DNA from: Octopus vulgaris
Lineage: Eukaryota
Assembly (NCBI GenBank): GCA_951406725.2
Contig: OX597823.1
Span: 39,308,001 to 39,372,000 of the forward strand
DNA: 64,000 nucleotides
Reading direction: 5' to 3'
Shown here: positions 40,331 to 52,737 of the stretch, one piece after another
Layout of the letters: every line of letters begins with the position of its first letter
Position numbering within the stretch: position 1 is the first letter of the stretch
The notes under the pieces: model-generated
The model's database searches: none
Told to the model about the DNA's origin: nothing
The model's input: the letters and a program-made list of their open reading frames with translations, nothing else
Position numbers and translations under genes: made by a program

Positions 40331-40402
40331 AAGCGTATTGAATAAATTTAATTCGATTTGCTTGAAAATCTTTGTTCGTAAACTATTCAGAGTAGATACT
40401 TA

Positions 40403-40435
<33 letters not shown>

Positions 40436-40607
40436 AAGTGAGAATTTACAAAAAACAAACAAAAAAAGATAGATAGATAGATAGATAGAGAGTGAGAGAG
40501 AGAGGATTAAAAAATTAAAAAAAAAATATCTAAAACTGTTCAACGATAATGTTAATTCTAAAGTGATTGTTCTAAATTTTCCCTCGAAAATCACATTAAA
40601 GCGTATT

Positions 40608-40706
40608 TTGGGACGAATTGGCTAGCGACGAATTGATCTGGGGATGAACTGATCAACGATGAATTGACCGGGGATAAATTAATCGGGGACGAATTGTCCT
40701 AGCACC
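40608..40706 (-). mobile_element. MULE-type terminal repeat with six 15-bp subrepeats
   Basis: GGGGAYGAATTGNYC repeated six times and ending GTCCTAGCACC, upstream of the FLYWCH remnants on the minus strand. Confidence 0.75.
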
Positions 40707-43530
40707 ACACACATACATACGTACATAAGCACACAAACACACACACACATGCATCAGAATGTAGGTAATGAGTTCCGTTAGGTTGTATTACACCACTGCT
40801 GACAGCGTCAAACATCAAAAACATTGATATCTTACCACGATTATAATAATGCCAATGATGATGATGGTGAAAAAAGAACCCCACGATGTCGATGGCGACG
40901 ACAAATGATAGCAATGATGATGATGGTGATGATGATGATGGTGGCGATAACTACAATGATGATGGCGACGATGGTGATGACGGAGAGCAAATTCAGAGAA
41001 CAAAATGTAAAAAGTAGTAGTTGCAGTAGTGGTGGTGGTAAGTTCCTTATGGACAAACATTTAGAGAGACAGGACCACCAGTGATGACATCAGTTTCGGT
41101 TCATGATGACAAGGAGGAGCCATTGGAGAAGAAAGAACTTAGCTTTTCTCAGTATGGCGGTCATTACCAAAACCCCGCCACCACCACCACCACGACAACA
41201 ACAACAATTAGTATCAACTAGTAAGTAAACTATCAGCAGCAGCAGCAGCACTACCAACAACACCTCATCATCGTCGCCACCATCACCACTTCCAGAATGT
41301 TTCTATCAACATAAACACCACCACCACCACCACAACAACAACAACAACAACAACAACAACCACCCTACTTCATGGCTCTCGTCGCTATCCTTACCATTAC
41401 CGCCACCATCCCCACTACCACCACCACCACTACCTCCCCCACCTATCATCACTGCCACCACCACCATCATCCCCCCACACACACATATCACTGATGCCAT
41501 TCCCCCATCCACTACCACCACCACCACCACCACAGCAACCAGTCCAAGTCACACCTGCAAGACAAGGGGCGATGGGAATTGCAGTGTCTTTCGACAGTTT
41601 AAAGAAACGGGATGAGAGGGGGACTGTTTTGAAACAGTAAAATGGTGCTGAGTGATTGAGGCGTGTTCAGTTTACTTGTGGAAAACTATTTCGTGAAAAA
41701 CCACTGATCCATGGCATAGGTGTCCTTCTGTTTCCCATAGTCTCAGACGTCTGAAAGGTGAAGTTCTCCGTGGCAAGGACTTTAAGCTGCTTATTCTACC
41801 AAACGGAAGGGCGTCCCGGGCAGTACACACTCTAGCTACGCTAGTGCGCATATATGTAAAGTATGAGTATAGTACATATTCATACATATATGTATGCGTG
41901 TATACTTATGCATCTATACATGCTTATGTATATATATGTATATAATATGAACATACGTACGTATGTGTGTGTAGCGTACGTGGGCATTATAGACATCCAT
42001 ATATACGCAAGTACACTGAACATACACACACATAAGAGTGTGTGTGTGTATGTGTGTGTGTGTTTAAATGTAATTTCATTCTTCGGCAGAAAAGTAAGAT
42101 ACCATTTGTACTCATTTAAGTACTCCCTTGTAACTCATGTCGAGACTTGAAATTAAAAAGAGATAACAAGGCACTCCAGCCATTTCGGCTCTCACCGAAC
42201 TTTTCCATAGTAGAATTAGTAATTTGGTGGTGAATTTCTACGTTCTGAGTTTAAAAAACCCGCCGGAGACGACTTTGTCTTTCATCCTGGAGAATTATAT
42301 AAAATAAATATCAGTTGTAATACTGAGGTTGATATAATTTCTGAGGTTTTCAGTCAAATTTTGAAAATTATAATGGATTTGATAATTATAATTTTTTAAT
42401 TATGCTGTGTCTGGGGACAGTCATATTATCTTAATGCCTTATTGTCTAACACACACACACACACACACCGGTTCGATTTCCATTCATTATTTATACTTTT
42501 GAATATTTCTTTTATTTATATTTTTCTTCCAAAATTTTCTTTGCTTTTTGCAACCTTTTCAACGAATGGACACAACAACATAACATTGTAAAGCTACGAA
42601 AGATTATCCGTAAAGGTATATTGTCTTGCATTGGTGTGTTTATTCATGTATATATTTATTTATTCATTTTATTTATGCCTATTATGCAACATATATTGAA
42701 CACACAAGTAAGTCATCTATGTATACGGATGAGTGTACAAACAAAATCACTGCGTCACATGATCATGTATTTGTAGGCAAACAAATAATGTGTCATACAA
42801 CGACCACGGAAGTTTTACAATCGTTACACGCATACATAACATGATATATATATATATAAACGCTCAAGCATGCATTCATACTTATATAAATCATGACCGT
42901 CACTCGCAAAAGAAAATATCACAGTTCTCAGCAACATTTACTATGCTTTCGCTAATTGTTTTAGGAACGTATATGTAATCGTCAGCGGGCTTAAACACTT
43001 TTTAGGCCCTTTCACTCTTGACTCAGTAGAATAGGGAGACCGTGACAGGAGGAACATGAGGAGGAGAGATACACAATCACGTAATTAAACCTCATTTTTT
43101 TCCACTGAGTAGGCTGAACAAACAGGAAATATAGAATGTTTTTCGAGGTGGGGTCCCGCGAATCGATTGCTTTACAGCGAGTGACGGCCATGGTTTATAT
43201 GACTTTAAGTCACGTTGTATAAAATATAAATGCATCATAAACTCATTGTATATCCAAGCGTGCTTGTGTATTATATTGCATAACATGTATATTACATCAT
43301 CACATCGATGGTGATGAAACATATATGCGTATATATCCTCTCTCTATATACATATATATTTACACATACACACACAGATATATCAATAAACTATATAATA
43401 TATATGTATCCTGTATTCAATACGGACACATACATACATACATACATACATGCATGCATACATATACATACATACATACATATACATACATACATTACAT
43501 ACATACATACATATACATACATACATTCAT

Positions 43531-43581
<51 letters not shown>

Positions 43582-43836
43582 ACAGAGTGACCACTGGTTT
43601 CGCACTTGTAAGGCACTTAGCTGTATAGCCAACTCCTCGAACTCAAATGATCACATTCTGACCGTCCATATCACACTTCTAAATATATAACACTACATAT
43701 ATTATACACGTGACTATATGTATATGTGCATGATTTTACACACACACACACACACACACACAAATATATAAGTAATACATAAGTAATGTGCATGCAGGGC
43801 TGGCTCAAAGCACCAGCAATTCGGACAGTCGTCCAG

Positions 43837-43921
43837 GGCGCGAAATTTCTTTTTTCCTCACAAGAGTTCCGGACCCTAGTAAGGAACTCATTTGCATACA
43901 GCCAATCAGAGCTCACCTTGA
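43837..43921 (+). promoter_or_regulatory. E2F/octamer/CCAAT/PSE-like module, copy B, following a hAT-like end (CAGGGCTGGCTC at 43795)
   Basis: GGCGCGAAA...AGAGTTCCGGACCC...ATTTGCATACAGCCAATCAGAGCTCACCTTGAC. Confidence 0.45.
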
Positions 43922-44414
43922 CTTTGTTTTACACAAACAACTACGCAGAGGCAGCCATGCGGATAACGAAGGATCAGATCCGTTCAGCTCTCAGATTATG
44001 CCTAGGGTTCGTGAATGAATTAAAAACAATCAATCTATTGGTAAAACACACTCTGCTAAATAAAATCAAGACCAAGAACGGTGTTGTAAGTCGACCGATC
44101 GCCATGTAACGGTTAAGTTTTTATTAGTGTAGTTACCAATTGTAACGGCTAAGATTGATTAGGTACACAATAATATGAAATGTCGGAGTCAGCAGTTGTA
44201 ACGATAAAAATTTGTTGTTATAACGGCAAGTTGTAAGATGTGAAAGATGGACAATACTTGAAGTTTTAAGAAAATATTTATTTAACCGTTACATTGAATA
44301 TATTACCTTGCCGCGACAGGGAGGTGATAAAAATCGTAAAGCATGCGAAGTAAAGATAGCTGTAGATTGTCCTTGCATAGTTTGTGTTTGTGTTCTCGTC
44401 ATCGTTTAGTAGTA

Positions 44415-44474
<60 letters not shown>

Positions 44475-45269
44475 TGTTGTAAGAGAACAGAATTAGAGAT
44501 AGTGAAAGTGAGAGAGTGTGGGACGTTGTCTTTCTTTTTCCCCTCTGGCTATTGTGTCTGTCTGCTTCCATGAATCTAGTGGTCAGTTCATTAACTGATG
44601 TTAGCTCTCTCTCAACTCACGAGTTGTCACTAAAGCGACTAACTTGTCTTTTGCTTGCGGGTTCTTGTTTTTATAACTATCCAGAAGGGTAGACATATTG
44701 TTGAGAACAATGGGCTTCGTTGGCGGTACTGTGATATCTCTATTCTAGCTTTTGGTAAAGTAGAAGAGGTTATAAGGGTCAAGTGGTGAAGACATTATTT
44801 CGGTCTAGCTAAGGCAATCTGGCAAATGTAAAACTGCTGTCAGAGAAAAACCATTGTTCCACCATGAGAAAAGTTCTGTTGAACTGTTGATTTAAATTTG
44901 GCTATAGTGGATCGAATCCACATCATGCATGGAAGATCCACTACAGCCATGTTATGCCCGGTTTTAAAAGGAAACAAGTAATTAGATAGATTTGCATCTA
45001 TACCTATAATCGGATTTTGTTAGGGCCCCATATGGTAAAGATGTGGATGGGACAAGTGTGGGTAGAGTGTGATGTGCTAGCAACCCTCTACCCTTACTGT
45101 TTTACAAAGTAAGCAACAACATAACAACGCAGAGACAGCCATGGTTGAAACAAAAACAAAAACAACATGCATAGTTAAAACAGAAAAGAAGCATGGTCAT
45201 TCCTTATCCAAGTGACCTTATCTTATCGCCCGCCGATCACTTATTGTGCGCTCATAAATTAGTTTGATA

Positions 45270-45346
45270 GTTGAGCTTTGATTGGCTGTATGCAAATGAG
45301 TTCATAACTGGGGTCCAGAACTCTCGTGGGAAAAAAAGTTCGCATC
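45270..45346 (-). promoter_or_regulatory. Octamer/CCAAT module, copy C (inverted relative to B)
   Basis: GATTGGCTGTATGCAAATGAGTTCATAACTGGGGTCCAGAACTCTCGTGGGAAAAAAAGTTCGC, followed by a hAT-like end CCAGGGCGCCATGTGCTAGGAGACGCCA. Confidence 0.45.
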
Positions 45347-46091
45347 CAGGGCGCCATGTGCTAGGAGACGCCAAGGAGAGCGTGACGAAGACAAGGAAAT
45401 TTTCACGACCGTCAGCTTCTACACGGGCTCTTTCTTGTGCATATAATACATATATACACACCATATATTTTATATAGTATACATATACATGTATAAATAA
45501 ATGAGTGTGTACACACACACAAACGAATGAATATATATATATATATATGAAAACATCAGAATATGTATAAATATATTATGTATACAATCACAGATATGTA
45601 CATGGATATATAATTTGAGAGCAAACAATACTGGCAGTATGCTATTTTACATACATGCATATATGCCTGTCTGTCTGTGCCTGAATGTATATCAGCATGT
45701 GTGTGTGTGTGTATGCGTCCGTACTTTCGTACATACGTATATGTGTGTGTGTGTGTGTCCGTACGTATGTATACATGTACTCTTACATACTTCAGCAATG
45801 GCATTGACTTTCCTATCAGTAATTACTGCAGTGATTAATTGATGATTAATTGGTGTCGAAGTGCAAATACCTGATTGAAATATCAGAGATCACAGGTCTC
45901 TGTTAGAGATAGCTACAATCATCTGCGTGACTAATTTCACACAAACTATTATATACAATAAAGATATTATAGGTGATAAAACTAGCTTGTTCAACAAGTC
46001 CGACCAACACAATATACTTAGTACAATACATACACACACACATACACACATGCACAAACACATCTGAAGAGTAAGCCTTAGGAAATTTTAA

Positions 46092-46243
46092 GGAGTGCAT
46101 CAGTATAGTTAAGTGATTGTAGTTATTGCGTCGTCCGTACACATAAACACACACACACACACACACACATCAACACACGTGTGTGAGATAATATGTACGG
46201 TCGACGCAATAACTAGAATTACTTAACTATACTGATACACTCC
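46092..46243. repeat. Inverted repeat (~52-bp arms around a CA tract)
   Basis: GGAGTGCATCAGTATAGTTAAGTGATTGTAGTTATTGCGTCGTCCGTACA / TGTACGGTCGACGCAATAACTAGAATTACTTAACTATACTGATACACTCC. Confidence 0.9.
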
Positions 46244-46451
46244 CTATATATATGTATATATATATAAATGTATGTATATGATTCTAACAATTTATATTGT
46301 TTTTTTAATAAATATTTGTATTCTTATCTTAAATGTATTGAATTTTATACTTTATGTTTTTATGGTTGTAGTTTTGTTAATTAATTAAGACAACATTCTA
46401 ATATCCTTAAGCTGATAAACCAACTAATGTGTTTCTCCATTTTCTTATTTG

Positions 46452-46505
<54 letters not shown>

Positions 46506-46534
46506 TGAGTGAGTGAGTGAGTGAGTGAGAGAGA

Positions 46535-46817
46535 GAGGCACATGGCCTAGTGGTTAGAGCAACGGATTCGCGGTCGAGGGATCACGGGTTCGAATTTCAG
46601 ACCGGACGATGTGGGTGTTTAGGAGCAGAACACTTAAGCTCTGGCAGAAGGTTAATGGCGAACTTCTGCTGACTCTTTCGTCACAACTTTCTGTCACTCT
46701 TTCCTCCTGCTTCTTGTAGCTCACCTGCGACGGACCAGCGTCCCATCCAGGTGGGGAACCTCTACGCTAAGGAAACCGGGAAACTGGCCCTATGAGCCAC
46801 GCATGGCTCGAGAAAGA

Positions 46818-46818
<1 letters not shown>
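46535..46818 (+). mobile_element. tRNA-derived SINE with family C-like head and V-SINE-like 3' part
   Basis: GAGGCACATGGCCTAGTGGTTAGAG...GGTTCGAAT head; 3' CCTGCGACGGACCAGCGTCCCATCCAGG...GAAACCGGG...CCTATGAGCCAC. Confidence 0.7.
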
Positions 46819-46891
<73 letters not shown>

Positions 46892-47349
46892 GTTTATGAA
46901 TTTGTTTTGCACGATGTGAAATCGTGTGTTGAAACAGATATTGTTATACTTGGAGATGGTAATTTTATTTCATTTTTTTTTCGCCAATTAACCATATGCA
47001 CTATATACGTGTTCCTCACTTCACTTTTATTATTATTTTTTATTTTAGTGTTCTTTTTCTGAAATCTTTCGTCACACATCCTGTGTGAATCAGCGCTTGA
47101 TTAACCCAATGACACGTTAAGAATCATGTAGCATAAACATAAATCATATGATCATAAGAGACAATTCTTGTAAATTTCGTCGACGTTTTAATTAGATGCG
47201 GTAACTATTTTAGTTGCCTGCGCTCTTGTATGTGAATGAGATGAATGACTTCGAAGACGGTAGAACAGTTGTTGCTGGCTACGGCGGAGATGGCCATGGA
47301 AAGAAAGATCCGTGGTAAGATTATTATTAAAGGAATATATCCGAAACGT

Positions 47350-47552
47350 ACTTTACTTTACTTTTACTTGTTTCAGTCATTTGACTGCGGCCATGCTGGA
47401 GCACCGCCTTTAGTCGAGTAAATCGACCCCGGGACTTATTCTTTGTAAGCCCAGTACTTATTCTATCGGTCTCTTTTTGCCGAACCGCTAAGTGACGGGG
47501 ACGTAAACACACCAGCATCGGCTGTCAAGCAATGCTAGGGGGACAAACACAG

Positions 47553-47601
<49 letters not shown>

Positions 47602-47765
47602 CATACGACAGGCTTCTTTCAGTTTCCGTCTACCAAATCCACTCACAAGGCTTTGGTCGGCCCGAGGCTATAGTAGAAGACATTTGCCCAAGATGCCACG
47701 CAGTGGGACTGAACCCGGAACCATGTAGTTCATAAGCAAGCTTTTTACCACACAGCCACTCCTTC
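47350..47765 (-). mobile_element. SINE family A copy
   Basis: High identity to 9285-9713. Confidence 0.9.
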
Positions 47766-48099
47766 TGCGTAGTAATTGCAGAATGAATAACGTAATGAGG
47801 AAATAGGAAAAAGTACAAGTTTCGCTAGGTTGGATCTGTTACAAGGTTCAAAGACAACAACAGGCGGACACATGAGGTTGCTGAGTGGTAACTCGGAAGA
47901 TAAGACGATAGGAAGTCGACACAGTCGAAGAGTACGGGCCCAAATGGAAGAGAAGAATGGAATCAAGAGAAGAATGGAAGCACATTGTGATCAGCAACGT
48001 ACAAATTGCACAGTTGAGGTTCATCTGATGCCATCATCAACCCTTGGATGTTATTACCGTCTCGGATGCTAGGTCTTATAGGGTGGTTAGACGGATTCC

Positions 48100-48492
48100 A
48101 TGGCATATAAATTACCTAAGCCGTAACTTTCCGCCGGTCCGTCGGAGGATTATTCATCCCCTCCTGATCAGAAGGCTACCCCGTCGCAGAGTTACCCATT
48201 TACACCTCAGTGAACTGGAGCAATACGAAATGAAATGTTTTGCTCAGAAACGCAATATACCTATTTCTTTATTACCCACAAGGGGCTAAACACAGAGGAG
48301 ACAAACAAGGATAGACATAGGTATTAAGTCGATTACATCGACCCCAGTGCGTAACTGGTACTTAATTTATCGACCCCCGAAAGGATGAAAGGCAAAGTCG
48401 ACCTCGGCGGAATTTGAAACCGCCTGGTCAGGGAATATAAACACAGATTTTACAATCACGGATGCAACACTCTAGCCACGAGGCCACGTGCG
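48100..48492 (-). mobile_element. Old tRNA-headed SINE interrupted by a family B insertion (48258-48418)
   Basis: Host core TACCCATTTACACCTCAGTGAACTGGAGCAA...TTGCTCAGAAACGCAA resumes after the insert with CGCCTGGTCAGGGAAT...CTAGCCACGAGGCCAC. Confidence 0.7.
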
Positions 48493-48915
48493 TTATCTGA
48501 TCATCTGATAACGAGGACAAAACAAAAGAAAAAAAAAAAAAGAAAATGAAGAAATTTAAACCATAACAATAAACTATTTTGCGATATCTCCATCTCAGTA
48601 TATTTTACAGCGATGCTTAATCATGTTACAATGTATTATAAACATACGGTAGTATGTTATTTAATATATAAACGATGTAATTATTGCAGTAATATGCTTG
48701 TTATATCATGCGTGAATCATATGGGCTGGATCACTTAGTTTCTTTTTGTTTTTGTGACTCTTCGACAATCGCAGCTTTTCAGGATTAGTCAGGTTAAGTA
48801 AACATTGAACGATAAATCCTTATCTGATGTTTATTATAAAGAAAAATTTTTTACATTGATCAGCGTAATCGTAAACAAACACACACCTACCGCTACCAAC
48901 ATACATATCAAAATT

Positions 48916-48950
<35 letters not shown>

Positions 48951-49131
48951 AATTAGAAACAAAATATATAAAAAATAATATATAATTTTTCTAAACGGTA
49001 TAATTTAATTTTTCATTATTGAATTGATAAAGGTGGGTTTTTTTCTAATTTATATATATTATATTTTGTGAAATTTGATTTAGTATTTCTAAATTGAATT
49101 TTTCCCTGTAAGTTTGGAATAATATTCCCTC

Positions 49132-49397
49132 ATATTATTATTATTATTATTATTATCATTATTATTATCATCATCATTATTATTATTATCATCATTATTT
49201 ATTATTATCATCATCATTATTATTATCATCATCATTATTATCATCATCATCATTATTATCATCATCATCATTATTATTATCATCATCATTATTATTATCA
49301 TCATCATTATTATTATTATCATCATCATTATTATCATCATCATCATCATTATTATTATCATCATCATCATCATCATCATCATTATTATTATCATCAT

Positions 49398-49446
<49 letters not shown>
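49132..49446. repeat. (ATT)/(ATC) trinucleotide array followed by (TA)n
   Basis: Direct reading. Confidence 0.95.
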
Positions 49447-49450
<4 letters not shown>

Positions 49451-49631
49451 TTTCGCTTAGGCATAGCTCGACGGATAACCTGGTGTAGAACTCAATGTAC
49501 GTATGGTCCAGAACATAATGTTATATGAGTATAGAGTGATAACAGAAACAAATGTCACCGGAAAAAACAAGAACTGCATTAGCTTACATCTGTTTCTGCT
49601 ATCAGATGCGGTGGACTTTTAGTTAAGCGAG

Positions 49632-49710
49632 AGTGACTTCGCAGTTTCGGACTATTAGCCTTTCTCGGACAGTCCGACGAGGGATTGCAGGCCGAAACTT
49701 CGAAGTCACT
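49632..49710. ncRNA. Palindromic head-to-head pair of hammerhead-like motifs
   Basis: Plus strand: GACAGT-CCGACGA-GGG..GCC-GAAACTTCGAAGTC-ACTATC. Minus strand: CCGAGAA-AGGCT..GTCC-GAAACTGCGAAGTC-ACT. Confidence 0.5.
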
Positions 49711-49829
49711 ATCATCCCTCTTCTTGTAAAAAAAGAGTATAATAGATACTGTTCTCTACAAAAAGTATTGTTCAGTTTAAAAAGTATTTTTCACATCAAT
49801 GACAAATTCTGTTTATTATAACTGATATA

Positions 49830-50162
49830 TGTCTGTCTGCCTATCTATCTATCTTTATCTCTCTATCTATCTCTGTCTCTATCTTTATCTATCTATCTAT
49901 CGATCTCTCTCTCTATATATATCTATCTATCTCTCTATCTTTATCTATCTACCTATCTCTCTCTCTATCTATCTCTCTACCTATCTATCTCTCTATCTAT
50001 CTATCTCTCTATCTATATTTATCTATCTATCTCTCTATCTTTATCTCTATCTTTATCTCTATCTATCTATCTATCTATCTTTATCTATCTATCTATCTAT
50101 CTATCTATATTTATCTATCTCTCTATCTATCTATCTTTATCTATCTATCTTTCTATCTGTCT

Positions 50163-50230
<68 letters not shown>

Positions 50231-50235
50231 GTCTG
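49830..50235. repeat. (TATC)n microsatellite
   Basis: Direct reading. Confidence 0.95.
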
Positions 50236-50783
50236 TCTCTCATAAAAACACCAATAGCGTTAAGTGGTGACGGTGGTGAGGACAAACAGACAAAAGGACA
50301 CGCATGAATGTAGACATAATGTCTATATCTATATATTCAGCGTGTACACCTTTTGACTTTCATTATTTTCCTTGTTTTTGTTTTAAATTTTGATTTGCCT
50401 ATATATATATGCATGTGTGTGTATTTACATATATATATATATATATATATTGGTATATATATAAGGGTGAATGCTACTGTAGTTTGTAGCCCCAGGAAGA
50501 TATCTCCTCCAGCTGGCTATAGACACACTATCTGTGTCCTCTCAGTATTTGTGAAGGGGTTAGCCATATTCAAATGGCAAATATGCGTCACGAGGTATAT
50601 ATATATATATATATATATATAGGTATATGTATATATATATATTCATATATAGGTATATATATGAGTGTATATATGTGCGTGTATATACGCACATATAGCA
50701 CCCCCTCCCAATAATCTATATATGTATATGTGTGCGTGTATATATATATTTGTATATATGTGTGTATATACATATTTGTGTGT

Positions 50784-50825
<42 letters not shown>

Positions 50826-50870
50826 TATATAACAGACAAAGGAACAAGAAATTATGCAATGAACTTCATT

Positions 50871-50951
50871 AGCTTACAGGTATTTCTATTACAAGATGCA
50901 ATGCATTCAGAGCTGAATGCTTGTGCATGCCGTAATAGCTTCCTCGGAGCT
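50871..50951 (-). ncRNA. Hammerhead-like motif with extended stem II
   Basis: AGCT-CCGAGGA-A-[GCTATTACGG CATGCA..GCATTCAG CT CTGAATGC..TGCAT CTTGTAATA]-GAAATACCTGTA-AGCT. A related 3' half at about 49575-49605 reads GAAACAGATGTAAGCT. Confidence 0.5.
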
Positions 50952-51117
50952 TCTAACGTGAAGTGCATGTTTAATTACATAAGAAATTGAGTACGGGTGT
51001 TTGTTTTTATGTTTAGTTATATTAAAAACAATTTTACGTTAATCTGAATGGTTAACTACTCTATATCTTATTTTTTCCATTGTACAAGTTTAATCTTAAA
51101 TAAGAATATTGTTGCTT

Positions 51118-51188
51118 GTGACTTCGAAATTTCGGCCAGTTAAGCCATCGTCCGACTATGGCTTAGCTGGTCGAAACTTTGAAGCCAT
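51118..51188. ncRNA. Second palindromic hammerhead-like pair (same family as 49632-49710)
   Basis: GTGACTTCGAAATTTCGGCCAGTTAAGCCAT-CGTCCGACT-ATGGCTTAGCTGGTCGAAACTTTGAAGCCAT. Confidence 0.5.
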
Positions 51189-52085
51189 TGTCCACTCTTT
51201 TATGTATGTATGTATGTATGTATGTATGTGTATAAATATATATTTATGTATGTATGTGTATATATATATATATATATATTCATATATGCATGCAAGTGAT
51301 ATGTGTCAGTCGTCGTGAAGTTTTATGTATAACAACATGTTAGATACAATGGAATGTTGTTTGTACAACAAAGTTATTTAATATCCTCTAATGTGTGCGC
51401 GCGCGCGTGTGTACTCAAGTATGTCATTATACCTACCTATATGTTAGCAGCCAGCTAGGAAGCTACTAAGTGGTCGCTCACTATGGTAAAATAGCAGCCA
51501 AAATACGCTTCAGATATGACCTCTTTTCCTCATTGTTTACTTATTTATTAAGGTGTCGACCAAGCAGAAACGTTAGCGCGCCGAACAAAACGCTGAGCGT
51601 AATTTCCTACGGTTCTTTACGTTCTGAGTTCAATTAGCTTTGTCTTTCATCCTTTCACAGAACCCCAGTCAAGTACTGGGTTCTATGTAATTGACTATGT
51701 CCCCCACCCACATACCAAAATTGCTGGTCAAGTGCCAAAATTTGAGAGATTTATTTATATACATATATAAATTTTTTTAATTCGGAAAATGCAAGTACAG
51801 GCATTACTTGTTCCGGTTATTTAGGTTCTGAGATCGAACCCTGCTTTATCTCATCTATCTATTTGTGCTCCATAAAACAACAGTAATAGTTAAATACTGG
51901 AGGTCGATTGATCGACTAGTCCCCCTCCCCCCGCCGAATAATTTCATAATTGTGCCCATACTAAGAAAAAAAATTATATATTTTTAAAAGCGTTATATTG
52001 AATATTAAAGTCTGAACAGCCGGAAAGGTCACAGTTGGAAATGCTTCCATCATAGGTTTATTGGATGAGGGGTGACCGGGGCTTA

Positions 52086-52302
52086 TACGAGGGGGTACTG
52101 AAAAGTTCCTGGCTTTAAAGGTGTCGCGAAATACCTAGTTGGAGGCCCAGCCGTCAGACTTCTTTTATAGGGCTTAGAAAACCTGAAGGACCACAACATT
52201 AAGTGTGTGAATCTGAGAGGGAAATATATTGAATAAAATCATAACTGATCTTCCTGTATACTATTTTATACAAAGGTAGGAAATTTTCAGCATACCCTCG
52301 TA
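52086..52302. mobile_element. mariner-type MITE
   Basis: TA|TACGAGGGGGTACTGAAAAGTTCCT ... AGGAAATTTTCAGCATACCCTCGTA|TA. Confidence 0.85.
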
Positions 52303-52518
52303 TAGAATTGTTATATAGTATATATTGTAGAATATACATGGAATCGGTGGAGCATTACCAGTATTACCATTTATATACGTTTCTATGACACAAAACAAAA
52401 ATTATTAAAAAAAAGCCTATAAACCACATGGACCTTGCACTCATTAAAACAGAGGTGACAAACATTGTTTATACTTATCTAGATTCTATAATCTAGGTGG
52501 CATTATCGTGTGTGTGTA

Positions 52519-52737
52519 AGGCAGCGAGCTGGCTGAAACGTTAAGCACGCCGGGCAAAATGCTTAGCAGTATTTCGCCTGATTTTACGTTCTGAGATCAA
52601 ATTCCGCCGAGGTCGATTTGCTTTTCATTCTTTCGGGGTCGATAAATTAAGTACCAGTGAAACGAATCACTGGGGGGTCGATATAATCGACTAGTCCCCT
52701 CCCCCCAAATTTCAGACCTTGTGCCTATAGTAGAAAA
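52519..52737 (+). mobile_element. SINE family B copy
   Basis: Head and core match 24300-24530; alternative tail CCAAATTTCAGACCTTGTGCCTATAGTAGAAA. Confidence 0.85.

Noticed and set aside
40824-41535. Low-complexity ORFs in the GAT/CAC/CAA-rich region
   Set aside because: Trinucleotide repeats with frequent stops and no consistent splice signals.
43921-44110. snRNA gene downstream of the octamer/PSE-like module
   Set aside because: No resemblance to U1-U7, 7SK or other known RNAs, and the downstream sequences differ between module copies.
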